From Bacteriovoracia bacterium (GTDB taxonomy: Bacteria > Bdellovibrionota > UBA1018 > JBFWNL01): a DNA stretch of 64,000 nt. The stretch is from assembly GCA_050251055.1 (NCBI GenBank), contig JBFWNL010000004.1, forward strand, positions 224,001 to 288,000, given 5' to 3'. The position numbers and the translations under genes are program-made. This document shows, piece after piece, positions 49,156-59,546 of the stretch; position 1 is the first letter of the stretch; each line of letters starts with the position of its first letter. The notes under the pieces are model-generated. The model was not told where the DNA came from and did no database searches. It saw only the letters and a program-made list of their open reading frames with translations.

Positions 49156-51130
49156 AGATCATGTATCCCAGAGATAAGAACAAACCCAAAAGCAATACAA
49201 ACGCGTAAACCTGGAGCGAGCCCGTTTGAACCACCCGCGACTGCTGGCCGGTCCAGGCCGAGATGCGGCCGAAGCCAAGCACGATGCGGTCGATCACGCC
49301 CACATCGAACAAGGTCCAAAGCTTTTTGGAGAACGCGATGAGGGGCTGCACGATGATGGCGTTGTAGATTTCGTCCACGTACCACTTGTTCTCGAGCAGC
49401 TTGTGGAGCGAGGCCCACTTCTGCTTCATGCGTTCCACGGCCTTTAGATCCGAATAAAGTTTCAAGCCCAGGAAAATCCCGATACCGGCGCCGGTTAAGC
49501 TCAAACCCATGAGCACCCATTCCATCGCGGGCATGGGGCCGTGGGCATGGGCCGGAATTACCTGCGCGAGCCAATGCTCGAGCCAGCTAGCGTGCGGAAT
49601 ACCCATGAAGCCGCCGATCGCGCTCAGGAGCGCCAGCACCATGAGCGGAATCACCATGACGTTCGGGCTTTCGTGCACTTCATGATGGCCATGATCCCCA
49701 TGATCATGGGCGCCGTGCTTGGCGTGCCCATGTCCATGGTCGCCGTGGTCGTGCGCCCCGCGGTGCTGCCCCAAAAACGTGAGCGAGAACAGGCGAGTCA
49801 TGTAAAACGCCGTCATGACGGCGGTGAGCGCCCCGATCATCCATAGGAAAATCGAGCCGTGCTCCGAGCTATAGGCAAGCCAGAGAATCTCGTCTTTCGA
49901 GAAAAAGCCGGAGAAAGGCACGACCCCGCAGATGGCGAGCCAGCCGATCATGAAGACGAGATAAGTACGCGGCATTTTCGACTTCAGTCCGCCCATCTTC
50001 AAGATGTTCTGCTCGTGATGCATGCCGTAGATCACGCTGCCCGCACCCAAGAACAGAAGCGCCTTGAAGAACGCGTGGGTGATCACGTGGAACACGCCCG
50101 CGGTATAACCCGCCACGCCGCAGGCCAGGAACATGTAGCCCAGCTGCGATACCGTCGAATATGCCAAAACTTTTTTAATGTCGGTCTGGGCGATCGCCAT
50201 AGTGGCGGCGAAAAGCGCGGTGAGCGCGCCCACCCAAGCCACGACCATGAGCGCGACGTCGGACATCGAGTAAAGGAAGTTCAAGCGTGCCAGCAGGTAA
50301 ATCCCCGAGGTCACCATGGTCGCCGCGTGGATGAGCGCGGAAACCGGCGTGGGGCCGGCCATCGCGTCGGGCAGCCAAACATAGAGCGGAATCTGCGCGG
50401 ACTTACCCGTGCAGCCGATGAACAAAAATAGGCAGATCAAGGTGATCGTCAGCCCCATCCCGTCGGGCAGGCCCGCACTGAACTTGGACGCCACGGCTTG
50501 CTGGATTTCGTGGAACTCCAAAGAGCCAAAAGTAGTGAAGATCAGGAACATCCCGAGCAAAAAGCCCAAATCCCCGATACGGTTGACGATGAACGCCTTC
50601 TTCCCGGCGCTCGCCTTTTCGTCGTCTTCGTACCAGTAGCCAATCAGGAGGTAGCTGCAAAGGCCCACGCCTTCCCAGCCTAGGAACATCACGGGCAGGG
50701 ACGAGCCCAGCACCAGGATCAACATCGCGAAGCAAAAGAGATTCAGGTAGCTGAAGTACTTCGCCGGGGTCGCGTCGTCGTGCATGTAGCCGATCGAATA
50801 AACATGGATCAGGAAACCCACGCCCGTGATCACGAGGCAGAAGAGGGAAGAGAGTGGGTCCATCACGAGCGAGAAGTTCAAATTAAACGACCCGATCGTC
50901 ATCCACGGAAAGAGCGTCTGCTCGATCACGCGTTGGCCTTCGGGCATGCCCGAGAGGGTCAAGAACCCGTTTAGCGCGACGAGAAAGGAAACCAGGAGCG
51001 CGCCCGAGGCGATGATGCCGGGGACGGTGGCGCCTACCGGCTTCTGGTTCTTTCCGGTCTGGAAGAAAGCGTACCAGCTTCCATTAATAAGGAATCCGAT
51101 CAGGGGAACTAACGGTATCAGTGCTAACAT
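49142..51130 (-). CDS. nuoL: NADH-quinone oxidoreductase subunit L
   Basis: GWEGVG, GKSAQIPLYVWLPDAMAGPTPVSALIHAATMV. Confidence 0.95.
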   Translation of the reverse strand: MLALIPLVPLIGFLINGSWYAFFQTGKNQKPVGATVPGIIASGALLVSFLVALNGFLTLSGMPEGQRVIEQTLFPWMTIGSFNLNFSLVMDPLSSLFCLVITGVGFLIHVYSIGYMHDDATPAKYFSYLNLFCFAMLILVLGSSLPVMFLGWEGVGLCSYLLIGYWYEDDEKASAGKKAFIVNRIGDLGFLLGMFLIFTTFGSLEFHEIQQAVASKFSAGLPDGMGLTITLICLFLFIGCTGKSAQIPLYVWLPDAMAGPTPVSALIHAATMVTSGIYLLARLNFLYSMSDVALMVVAWVGALTALFAATMAIAQTDIKKVLAYSTVSQLGYMFLACGVAGYTAGVFHVITHAFFKALLFLGAGSVIYGMHHEQNILKMGGLKSKMPRTYLVFMIGWLAICGVVPFSGFFSKDEILWLAYSSEHGSIFLWMIGALTAVMTAFYMTRLFSLTFLGQHRGAHDHGDHGHGHAKHGAHDHGDHGHHEVHESPNVMVIPLMVLALLSAIGGFMGIPHASWLEHWLAQVIPAHAHGPMPAMEWVLMGLSLTGAGIGIFLGLKLYSDLKAVERMKQKWASLHKLLENKWYVDEIYNAIIVQPLIAFSKKLWTLFDVGVIDRIVLGFGRISAWTGQQSRVVQTGSLQVYAFVLLLGLFLSLGYMIYGMV

Positions 51131-51131
51131 T

Positions 51132-51443
51132 CTATTCCCTCAGCAGCCGGATATCGTCGGTATCCACGCTGCGCAAAGTTCTGAACATGGCGATCACCAA
51201 ACCCAAACCCACGGCGGATTCCGCCGCGGCCACGGTAATGATGAAAAAGGCCGACATCTGGCCGCCCATGTGATCCAAGGTCTTCGAAAAAACGATAAAA
51301 GTGAGATTCACAGCGTTGAGCATGAGCTCGATGCACATGAGTACGATCAGGATATTCCGCCGGATCATCAGGCCCACGAGGCCGATGCAGAAGATCGCCG
51401 CCGCGAACGAAAGCACGATCCAAGGTTCTACCGTATTCATCAT
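51132..51443 (-). CDS. nuoK: NADH-quinone oxidoreductase subunit K
   Basis: IELMLNAVN, VAAAESAVGL. Confidence 0.93.
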   Translation of the reverse strand: MMNTVEPWIVLSFAAAIFCIGLVGLMIRRNILIVLMCIELMLNAVNLTFIVFSKTLDHMGGQMSAFFIITVAAAESAVGLGLVIAMFRTLRSVDTDDIRLLRE

Positions 51444-51447
51444 TTCG

Positions 51448-52008
51448 CTACCCATGGGCCTTCTCCCCACTCCCTTGGCCTTTGCCGTGACTCTTGCGCA
51501 TGGCGATGGCCACTACCGCGACGATCGCGCCCAGGAGCAGGGCCGAGGTCAGCTCGAACGGCAAGACGTATTCCGAGAACATCAGCTGCGAGATCACCTT
51601 CGTGTTGCCGCCGCCGTTTTTCACGACCTCTGCCGTATGCTTTCCTAAAGATTTGAATTCGCCCGAATTCTTAAACGCCCAAACCAGCAGGCAGAAAAAC
51701 CCGATGCCCGCGGCACCGATCATGGCTTGCAAGCCCTTGTGCGGACGCAGAAAATCGAAAGACGGGACATCCGCGGCGAGCAGCATGATGACGAACACGA
51801 AGAGCACCATCACCGCCCCCGCGTAAACCAGGACCTGCAAACCGGCGAGTAGGTGCGCGTCCATCATGGCGTAAATGCCGGCGAAGGCGAAAAAGACGAA
51901 GACCAAATTGAACGCGCTCGAAACGGGATTCTTCTTAAAAACCACGAGCAGGGCACAGGCGATCGCCAGGATCGCGAAGGCGTAGAAGAAAATCGGGTGG
52001 ATGGCCAT
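51448..52008 (-). CDS. nuoJ: NADH-quinone oxidoreductase subunit J
   Basis: QVLVYAGAVMVLFVFVIML, YVLPFE. Confidence 0.93.
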   Translation of the reverse strand: MAIHPIFFYAFAILAIACALLVVFKKNPVSSAFNLVFVFFAFAGIYAMMDAHLLAGLQVLVYAGAVMVLFVFVIMLLAADVPSFDFLRPHKGLQAMIGAAGIGFFCLLVWAFKNSGEFKSLGKHTAEVVKNGGGNTKVISQLMFSEYVLPFELTSALLLGAIVAVVAIAMRKSHGKGQGSGEKAHG

Positions 52009-52019
52009 GCTTGCGTTCC

Positions 52020-52472
52020 TTACTTGTTCCCGCGCTGTTCCATCAAAAACTCCTTATCGTAGACCACGCGCGATTGGGTCTGCGACATTTCGTAAATATT
52101 GCTGAGCTTGATGGCGTCCTTCGGGCAGGCTTCCTCGCACATGCCGCAGAAGCAGCAGCGCAGGACGTCGATCTCGAATTTCACCGGGTACTTCTCCTTG
52201 TCGGAACGCTCGCCCGCCTCGATGTGAATGCATTCCGCCGGACAAACGGTCGGGCAAAGCATGCAGGCCGTGCAGTTTTCCACGCCGTTGACGGCCTTGA
52301 TGTAATGCTGGCCGCGGAACCGGTCGGAGTAGTTGCGACGCTCCTCGGGATACTGGATCGTGACTTTCTTTTCGAAGAGCATGTTCCGCATCGTGATGAG
52401 CAATCCCTTCACGATATCCGGGAAGAATATATGGTGGAGGACCCCTAGTTTTTTCTTCTGTTCAAGCATCAA
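52020..52472 (-). CDS. nuoI: NADH-quinone oxidoreductase subunit I
   Basis: TIQYPEE, CTACMLCPTVCP, CCFCGMCEEACP. Confidence 0.93.
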   Translation of the reverse strand: MMLEQKKKLGVLHHIFFPDIVKGLLITMRNMLFEKKVTIQYPEERRNYSDRFRGQHYIKAVNGVENCTACMLCPTVCPAECIHIEAGERSDKEKYPVKFEIDVLRCCFCGMCEEACPKDAIKLSNIYEMSQTQSRVVYDKEFLMEQRGNK

Positions 52473-52478
52473 TCCTCC

Positions 52479-53567
52479 TTACCGCAGCCAATAAATGACG
52501 ACGGCGGTAACAAACACGTTCGCCAACGCCAGCGGCAACATTACTTTCCAACCCAGGTTCATCAGCTGATCGTAGCGGAAACGCGGCAACGTCCAACGCA
52601 CCCAAACGAAGAGCCACATGAAAAAGGCCACCTTGGTCACGAACGAGGTGACCTCGAGGCCGATGCGCAGCCACTCGAACGCCATGCCCGTCAAGCCGCT
52701 GTTCTCCAGGATCCAGGTGAACGGCCAGAAGAGCTGCCACCCCCCGAAAAAGAGCGAGACCAGGAGTCCGGACGCGGTCGTCATATTCATGTATTCGGCC
52801 ATCATGAAGACGGCGAACTTCATGGGCCCGTACTCCAGGTGATAGCCCGCGACGATCTCGCTTTCCCCTTCGGGCAAGTCAAACGGCAGGCGATTCGTTT
52901 CGGCGAAGGCCGCGGTCATGAAGATCAGGAAGGCCAAAGGCTGGGTGAAAACGCCCCAGGCCGGTAGCGGCAGCGCGGTGCCGGCGATCGTCAACGCCTG
53001 CCCCTGGGCGCGCACGATTTCATTCAGGTCGATGCTCGAGAACATGAGCACGACCCCGATGATGGAGAGGCCCATGGAAAGCTCGTAGCTGATCATCTGC
53101 GAAGAGCTGCGCAGGCTGCCGAAAAGCGCGTACTTGCTGTTCGATGCCCAACCACCCATGATGATGCCGTAAACCCCGAGCGAGGACACGGCCAGGATAT
53201 AGAGCAGACCGATGTTCAGGTTGGCCACCTGGAAACTGACGACTGTACCGTCTCCCAAGGTGATTTGGCTGGCGAACGGGATCACGGCGAAGGTGATGAA
53301 GGCCGGAACGACCGAGATCATCGGCGCCATCATATAAAAGACTTTATTGACGTGGCCGGGAGCGCGCTCTTCCTTCCAGATGAACTTCACGGCGTCGGCC
53401 AGGGCCTGGATCAAGCCGAAAGGTCCCACGCGGTTGGGGCCCAGGCGCTTCTGCATCCAGGCCGACCCGCGGCGTTCGACCCACATCATGATCGGCGCCA
53501 CCTGCAGCAGCGCGATCACGATCAACAGCGACTTACCCACCATCAGGGCGGTTTCTAGCATGCTCAT
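52479..53567 (-). CDS. nuoH: NADH-quinone oxidoreductase subunit H
   Basis: GPNRVGPFG, AETNRLPFDLPEGESE, PRFRYDQLM. Confidence 0.95.
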   Translation of the reverse strand: MSMLETALMVGKSLLIVIALLQVAPIMMWVERRGSAWMQKRLGPNRVGPFGLIQALADAVKFIWKEERAPGHVNKVFYMMAPMISVVPAFITFAVIPFASQITLGDGTVVSFQVANLNIGLLYILAVSSLGVYGIIMGGWASNSKYALFGSLRSSSQMISYELSMGLSIIGVVLMFSSIDLNEIVRAQGQALTIAGTALPLPAWGVFTQPLAFLIFMTAAFAETNRLPFDLPEGESEIVAGYHLEYGPMKFAVFMMAEYMNMTTASGLLVSLFFGGWQLFWPFTWILENSGLTGMAFEWLRIGLEVTSFVTKVAFFMWLFVWVRWTLPRFRYDQLMNLGWKVMLPLALANVFVTAVVIYWLR

Positions 53568-54964
53568 GCGTTCTTCCAAACCATCAGGATTTCCGAGAGC
53601 GCCTTGCAGGAACGCGGCGGCAGGATCGCCCGCTTGAGCTTCTGCTCGCGATTCTCGAAGTTAAAGATCGTCCCGTCTTTTTCGGCGAAGGTCGCGCCCG
53701 GCAGCACGCTCGCAAACGAGGCCGCCTCATCCTTCATGAACACGCCCACGCCCACGGTCGGGACGTTGCCGAGTTTCGGGAGCTCGGCGCGGCCACCGCG
53801 CACCAGGAACACGCCCGTCGTGCCGGCCGGTAACTGCGTGAAGGGCTTAAGGCCCAGTTTTTCGGCGCCATTCAGGTTCGAGGTCTTGCTTTTGCGCTTG
53901 AGGATTTTGTCGGCCGGCGCGTCGTCCTGGGTCGTCGCGACGCCCGCGGTGCCGAAGTGGAAAACCTCCGCGCCGCCTAGATTCGACTGCGCGAAAGCCT
54001 GCAACATCTGCAGCTCTTCCTGGGTGAGGTCGGATCCAGCCAACACGGCTACTTTCTTGCCCTTAAGCGCCGTCTTGGCCGAAGTCAGCGCCGCGTCCCA
54101 ATCCGTCATGCTGAGTGCGCCCGAACCCGCCACCGCAGGTTCGATCACGCGATCCTGATCGTGCACGTAGTTGTAGTTGAAGCGGCCTTCGTCGCACATC
54201 CAGTACTTGTTCACTTCCATGTTCGTGCGCGGGACGCAGCGATACATGACGTTGGCGTCCTGCTGGATCTCCATATTGCAGCCGCGCGAACAGCCTTCGC
54301 AGACCGTCGGCGTCTTCTTGAGCATCCACGCGCGTTTATGGAAGCGGAAGTCTTTCAGGGTGAGCGATCCGGTCGGGCAGATGTCGGAATAATTTCCGGC
54401 GTAATCTGTTTCAAGCGGACGGCCATCGAGCGTCGTGATCTCGGTGTTGTTCCCGCGTTGGAGGGCGACCATCTCGCGCACGCCGGCTACCTCATCGCCA
54501 AAGCGAATACAACGCGTGCAATGAATGCAGCGATTCATGTTCTTCTTGATCACCGGACCCATGTCGAGGTCAAGGTACGTGCGGCGCTCTTCGGTGTAGC
54601 GCATGTACGCGTTACCATGACTGTAGGAGCTGTCTTGCAGGTCACACTCGCCCGATTTGTCGCAGATCGGGCAATCCAGCGGGTGGTTGATGAGCAGGAA
54701 TTCCATCACCGAGGCGCGGTTCTTCTTCACCTTCTCGCTCTGGGTGTGCACGATCATGCCTTCGGTGGCGGCCGTGGAGCAGGCCGTCTGGAGCTTGGCC
54801 ATCTTCTCGACTTCCACCGTGCACATGCGGCACTGGGCGACGACCGACAGTCCCGGATGATAACAAAAGATCGGGATCTCTATTCCTACGCGCTTGGCGA
54901 TATCGACCAGGTTTTCCCCGGGCTTGAACTCCGCTTCTTTGCCGTCAATTAAGCATTTGGGCAT
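53564..54964 (-). CDS. nuoG: NADH-quinone oxidoreductase subunit G (short form)
   Basis: FCYHP, HPLDCPICDKSGEC, CIHCTRC, CEGCSRGC. Confidence 0.92.
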   Translation of the reverse strand: MPKCLIDGKEAEFKPGENLVDIAKRVGIEIPIFCYHPGLSVVAQCRMCTVEVEKMAKLQTACSTAATEGMIVHTQSEKVKKNRASVMEFLLINHPLDCPICDKSGECDLQDSSYSHGNAYMRYTEERRTYLDLDMGPVIKKNMNRCIHCTRCIRFGDEVAGVREMVALQRGNNTEITTLDGRPLETDYAGNYSDICPTGSLTLKDFRFHKRAWMLKKTPTVCEGCSRGCNMEIQQDANVMYRCVPRTNMEVNKYWMCDEGRFNYNYVHDQDRVIEPAVAGSGALSMTDWDAALTSAKTALKGKKVAVLAGSDLTQEELQMLQAFAQSNLGGAEVFHFGTAGVATTQDDAPADKILKRKSKTSNLNGAEKLGLKPFTQLPAGTTGVFLVRGGRAELPKLGNVPTVGVGVFMKDEAASFASVLPGATFAEKDGTIFNFENREQKLKRAILPPRSCKALSEILMVWKNA

Positions 54965-56235
54965 TTGCGACCTCGGATGTGGGCTTCAAAATCGGATTTG
55001 AACTTCTTCACGAAGCTCGAGACGGGACCGGCGGCCGCGTCGCCGAGCGCGCAGAGGGTCTTACCGTTAATGTTGTCGGCGATATCGAGCAGCATCGGCA
55101 GATCGGTATCCCGGCCTTCGCCGTGCTCGATGCGCTCGATGATCTTCTCCATCCACAGGCAACCTTCGCGGCAAGGCGTACACTGCCCGCAGGACTCGTG
55201 GGCATAAAACTTGGTGATCCGCGCGAGCAGCTTCACGACGCAGTAATCTTCGCTGACGACCATGATGCCCGCCGAACCCAGCATGGACCCGATTTTCATC
55301 AGGGGTTCGATGTCGACCACGACGTCGATCTCGTCCGGCGTGAGCACCGGCGCGGAAGACCCGCCCGGAATGACGGCCTTGAGCTTCTTGTCGTCCAAGA
55401 TGCCGCCGCAGTAATCATAGATCAGCTCGCGCATGGTCACGCTGCCCGCCGGCAGTTCGTAAAGACCGGGCTTTTTCACATGGCCCGACACGCAGAATAG
55501 CCGCGTGCCTCCGGACTTCTCGAGCTTGCCCATTTTTGCGAACCACTCGCCGCCCTTATTCACGATGAACGGAATGGAAGCGAGCGTCTCCACGTTATTG
55601 ACGATGGTCGGACCCGCGAACGCGCCCTGGATCGCCGGAAACGGCGGCTTCACGCGCGGCTCGCCGCGCTTGCCTTCCAGGGAATTCAGGAGACCGGTCT
55701 CTTCGCCGCAGATGTAAGCGCCGGCGCCCCGGTGCACGGTAATGTCGAAGTTATGTCCGCTCCCGTAGATATTCTTACCGAGGTGGCCGGCCTTATAGGC
55801 CTCCTCGATCGCTTCGTTCAAAAGCTTCGCTTCGGCGACGTACTCACCGCGGATATAGATGTAGCCAATCTGGGAACCGATGGCGTGGCCCGCGATCACC
55901 ATGCCTTCGAGCAGCACGTGCGGGGTGTAGCGCATGATATCCCGATCCTTGAAGGTGCCCGGCTCGGATTCGTCGGCGTTACAGACGACGTACTTCGGCT
56001 TTTTTGCTTCCTTCGGGATGAAGCTCCACTTCATGCCCGTGGGGAACCCCGCGCCGCCGCGACCACGCAGGTTGGACTTTTTCACCTCGTCGGTGATTTG
56101 GTCGGGCTTCATCGCCAGCGCCTTCTTGGCTGCCGTGTAGCCTTCCATTTGCCGCAAGTAATAATTCAAACCCCGCGCTTCTTCGTTGCCGAAGTGCTGA
56201 ATGAAAAGAGTTTCGTTTTCCATTTCCTCGTTCAT
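54949..56235 (-). CDS. nuoF: NADH-quinone oxidoreductase subunit F
   Basis: GRGGAGFPTG, GAGAYICGEET, ESCGQCTPCREG. Confidence 0.96.
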   Translation of the reverse strand: MNEEMENETLFIQHFGNEEARGLNYYLRQMEGYTAAKKALAMKPDQITDEVKKSNLRGRGGAGFPTGMKWSFIPKEAKKPKYVVCNADESEPGTFKDRDIMRYTPHVLLEGMVIAGHAIGSQIGYIYIRGEYVAEAKLLNEAIEEAYKAGHLGKNIYGSGHNFDITVHRGAGAYICGEETGLLNSLEGKRGEPRVKPPFPAIQGAFAGPTIVNNVETLASIPFIVNKGGEWFAKMGKLEKSGGTRLFCVSGHVKKPGLYELPAGSVTMRELIYDYCGGILDDKKLKAVIPGGSSAPVLTPDEIDVVVDIEPLMKIGSMLGSAGIMVVSEDYCVVKLLARITKFYAHESCGQCTPCREGCLWMEKIIERIEHGEGRDTDLPMLLDIADNINGKTLCALGDAAAGPVSSFVKKFKSDFEAHIRGRKCPNA

Positions 56236-56248
56236 GACTGATCTCCGC

Positions 56249-56740
56249 TCACTTCCCGCTCATCCGATCTAGGATCTGGTCCATCTTTTTTACGTCGAGG
56301 TTTTCGTGATAACCCTCGCCGGTCATCATCGCCGGGGCGGTTCCGCAGGCCCCCAGGCATTCTTCCTCGTTCAAGGTGAACTTCATGTCCGGCGTGGTCT
56401 CGCCGCAGCGGATCCCCAGGCGCTTCTCGCAATGTTCGACGAGCTTTTCCGCCCCGCGCAGGGCACAGGCGACGTTCGTGCAGATGCGCAGGTGATTTTT
56501 CCCCACCGGCTTGAGGTTGTACATGGTGTAAAAGCTCGCCACCTCGCGGACCTGGGCCGGGTGGATACCGATGTACTGGGCAATCTCGTCCATCACTTCG
56601 CCGGGGAGCCAGCCATATTCGTCTTGGGCGGCATGCAAAGCCGGCAAGAGGAGCGCCACCTTGGTCGGGTAGCGCGGCTCTAATTTTTTCATTTCGCCGT
56701 AGAATTTTTCGGACAGATTTTTCATATTTCCCTGGGCCAT
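56249..56740 (-). CDS. nuoE: NADH-quinone oxidoreductase subunit E
   Basis: CTNVAC, ECLGACGTAP. Confidence 0.94.
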   Translation of the reverse strand: MAQGNMKNLSEKFYGEMKKLEPRYPTKVALLLPALHAAQDEYGWLPGEVMDEIAQYIGIHPAQVREVASFYTMYNLKPVGKNHLRICTNVACALRGAEKLVEHCEKRLGIRCGETTPDMKFTLNEEECLGACGTAPAMMTGEGYHENLDVKKMDQILDRMSGK

Positions 56741-56753
56741 ACTTGCCGCCTTA

Positions 56754-58037
56754 TTACCGATCCAACTCGCCCGCGATGATGTTGATACTTCCCAAAGACG
56801 CCACCAAATCCCCGATGAATTCGCCTTCGCACATGGGATCCAGTCCCTGGAAATGCCAGAACGATGGGCTACGGATGCGCATGCGGTGCGCGCGCGGGGC
56901 GTTTTTGCTGACGATATAAAAACCCAGCTCGCCGTTGGCAGCCTCGAACGGCGTGTAAGCCTCGCCGTCCGGGACGTCGAAACCCGTCATGAAGAACTTG
57001 AAGTGGTGGATGAGGCCTTCCATGGTGTTGAAGACCACTTCCTTATCCGGAATGCGCACACGCTTGTCTTCCGACCAAATCGGGCCCGGCTTAATTTTGT
57101 CCGCGCACTGGATGATGATGTTGAGCGACTGCTGGATTTCTCGCAGGCGCACCAAGAAGCGGTCGTACACGTCGGCGTTCTGGAAAACCGGGACGTCGAA
57201 ATCGACGTCTTTATAGAACATCGGCGAATAGTCGCGACGGATGTCTTGATCGATGCCCGCCGCGCGCGCGATGGGGCCCGTCCAGCTGTACTGCAGGCAC
57301 TGCTCCTTGGTGAACGTGCCCACGCCCACCGTGCGCATCAGCCAAATCTTGTTGGTATTAAGCAGGCGATCCATCTCCGCGATCACCTCGCGGGTGCGCA
57401 TCGCCCATTGCTTCGCGTCCTTCTCCCAGCCTTCCGGCGCGTCGGCCATGAGGCCGCCGATCCGCGTGTAGGACGTGGTGAGGCGCGCGCCGCAGAGCTT
57501 TTCAATGAGCGTGTACCCTTCCTCGCGTTGGTGGAAGCCATAAAGAAAGTAGGAAAACGCGCCCATGTCGACGGCGCCGATACCAATGCAGACCAGGTGG
57601 TCGATGATGCGGGCAATCTCGCTCGCCATCATCCGGATCCAAACCGCGCGCGGCGGGACCTCGACGCCCATGAGCTTCTCGACGGCCATCGAGTAAGTCA
57701 CGTTGTTAATGAGCGCCGAGCAATAGTTCAGGCGGTCGGTGTACACAACGAACTGGTGATAGGTGCGGTTCTCGCCGAGCTTTTCCTTCGCGCGGTGGGT
57801 GTAGCCGAACTCGCAGTAGGATTTCTCGATGATCTCGCCATTCACCTTCGCCATCATCCGGAGCGCGCCGTGCATCGCCGGGTGCGTCGGGCCGATGTTG
57901 ACGAGCATCCGCGATTCGTCCCAGAGGTCGTCCGGGTCGTGCTTAGCCGACTGGGTGATGTCGACGCTCATGTTTCGAGGCATCCCGAAACGTTGGATAT
58001 CTTTGGGGAGCTTCTTATTCGTGGATTCTTCGCGCAT
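56754..58037 (-). CDS. nuoD: NADH-quinone oxidoreductase subunit D
   Basis: NIGPTHPAMHG, DRLNY, GELDR. Confidence 0.95.
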   Translation of the reverse strand: MREESTNKKLPKDIQRFGMPRNMSVDITQSAKHDPDDLWDESRMLVNIGPTHPAMHGALRMMAKVNGEIIEKSYCEFGYTHRAKEKLGENRTYHQFVVYTDRLNYCSALINNVTYSMAVEKLMGVEVPPRAVWIRMMASEIARIIDHLVCIGIGAVDMGAFSYFLYGFHQREEGYTLIEKLCGARLTTSYTRIGGLMADAPEGWEKDAKQWAMRTREVIAEMDRLLNTNKIWLMRTVGVGTFTKEQCLQYSWTGPIARAAGIDQDIRRDYSPMFYKDVDFDVPVFQNADVYDRFLVRLREIQQSLNIIIQCADKIKPGPIWSEDKRVRIPDKEVVFNTMEGLIHHFKFFMTGFDVPDGEAYTPFEAANGELGFYIVSKNAPRAHRMRIRSPSFWHFQGLDPMCEGEFIGDLVASLGSINIIAGELDR

Positions 58038-58049
58038 CGCTTTATCCGC

Positions 58050-58619
58050 CTATTTCAACAGTTCTGGATCCAGAGGTTCCGCGGTCGGGAAGATCTGGTA
58101 GCCACGCAGCGGGTAATCCTTCCGCAACGGGTGGCCTTCCCAGCGCATGTCCATCAGGATTCGCCGCAGATCTGGGTGGCCCGCGAACTTGATCCCGAAC
58201 ATGTCCCACACTTCGCGCTCGGCCCAGTTCGCGCCTTGCCAAAGTGAAATCAGGGTCGGCACGGTATCGTTCTCGGCCACGGGGGCCTTCACCCGGAGGC
58301 GCCAAAATTTTCCGGGCGCCGCGAGGTTATACACGACGTCGAATCGCGGTTCGCGTGGGGACTCATCGGTCGCCGTCAAATCGGCAAGGAAGCCGTACTC
58401 GAAGCCCGGCTCGTTCTTCAAAAAGGTCATGATCTCGACGATCGACTGCTTGTCGACGGTGATAATCGGCACGTCCGTGCGGCTTTCCCCCGGCATCTGG
58501 ACGCCGAGGATTTTCGCGCCGAATTTGGCCTTTAGCTGCGTGACTTGCGTCTTCCACGTTTCGCCAAAGCGCGTGGGCCAGTCGCCGTAAATCGTGGGAA
58601 CGGGGGTCCGGACGTCCAT
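58050..58619 (-). CDS. nuoC: NADH-quinone oxidoreductase subunit C
   Basis: EREVWDMFGI, GHPLRKDYP. Confidence 0.94.
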   Translation of the reverse strand: MDVRTPVPTIYGDWPTRFGETWKTQVTQLKAKFGAKILGVQMPGESRTDVPIITVDKQSIVEIMTFLKNEPGFEYGFLADLTATDESPREPRFDVVYNLAAPGKFWRLRVKAPVAENDTVPTLISLWQGANWAEREVWDMFGIKFAGHPDLRRILMDMRWEGHPLRKDYPLRGYQIFPTAEPLDPELLK

Positions 58620-58626
58620 GTCGGTT

Positions 58627-59133
58627 TTACTCCTTCACCGTCTTGAAAATTCCGTGCTCTTTGCGCTGCGCCTGGGTCGCGCCCTTCGCGATGAGGTCCT
58701 GCAGCCGCATCAGCCCGTGCAATACGCCTTCCGGCGCGGGCGGGCAGCCCGGTACGTAGACGTCCACCGGAATGATGGTGTCGATCCCTTGGGTGACGCT
58801 GTACACGTTGAAGATCCCGCCCGAGGAAGCGCACGCGCCGAAGGACATGACCCACTTCGGGTCGGACATCTGGTCGTAAACATTGCGCAACACGGGCGCC
58901 ATCTTGGCGTTGATGATCCCGGCCACGATCATCAGGTCGCTCTGGCGGGGCGAAAAGCGAATCACTTCCGCGCCGAAGCGGGCCATGTCGTAGTCCGCGC
59001 TCAGCGTGGCCATCATTTCGATCCCGCAACAGCTGGTGCCGAAGGGCAGGGGCCAGAGCGAGTTCTTGCGCGCCCAATTGATGACGACGTCGAGTCGCGT
59101 AGTGAGATACTCTGAAGAACCGTCTTTACTCAT
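58627..59133 (-). CDS. nuoB: NADH-quinone oxidoreductase subunit B
   Basis: [20 protein letters not shown]. Confidence 0.95.
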   Translation of the reverse strand: MSKDGSSEYLTTRLDVVINWARKNSLWPLPFGTSCCGIEMMATLSADYDMARFGAEVIRFSPRQSDLMIVAGIINAKMAPVLRNVYDQMSDPKWVMSFGACASSGGIFNVYSVTQGIDTIIPVDVYVPGCPPAPEGVLHGLMRLQDLIAKGATQAQRKEHGIFKTVKE

Positions 59134-59154
59134 GGCTGACTCCTGGCTTTCCCA

Positions 59155-59517
59155 TCAATCCCATTCCAGCGCACCCTTGCGCAGGATGTAGACGTAACCC
59201 ACGAGCAGAATCACCGCGAAGGTGCCCATCTCGAGGAGAATGAACGAGTTAATTTCGAGAAACTTTTTGTAAACGATCGCCCACGGAAAAAAGAAGACCG
59301 CTTCCACGTCGAACAGCAGGAAGAGGATGGCGACCAGATAGAACCGAACCGACACGCGTTGCTGGGCGTTACCATGCGCTGGCACGCCGCACTCAAATGG
59401 GGATTCTTTCTGTGGATTCTTGGATTTAGGACCGAAGAGTTGCGACAGAATAAGCGCGCCGCCGCCAATGACTGCACCAGCCCCCATCATGATCAAAATC
59501 GGAATGTAATCCATCAC
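59155..59517 (-). CDS. nuoA: NADH-quinone oxidoreductase subunit A
   Basis: PFECG, FLLFDVE, GALEWD. Confidence 0.95.
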   Translation of the reverse strand: MMDYIPILIMMGAGAVIGGGALILSQLFGPKSKNPQKESPFECGVPAHGNAQQRVSVRFYLVAILFLLFDVEAVFFFPWAIVYKKFLEINSFILLEMGTFAVILLVGYVYILRKGALEWD

Positions 59518-59546
59518 CTATTTATAAACGTCTAAATGGGTGAGGG

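Noticed and set aside
49690-49760. His-rich repeat in nuoL (HDHGDHGH x2)
   Set aside because: His-rich loops at this position are common in NuoL; not unusual.
56853-58247. Long plus-strand ORFs opposite nuo genes (e.g. 464 aa; also 48049-48885 and 62603-63580)
   Set aside because: Antisense shadows expected from GC-rich codon bias; no motifs.
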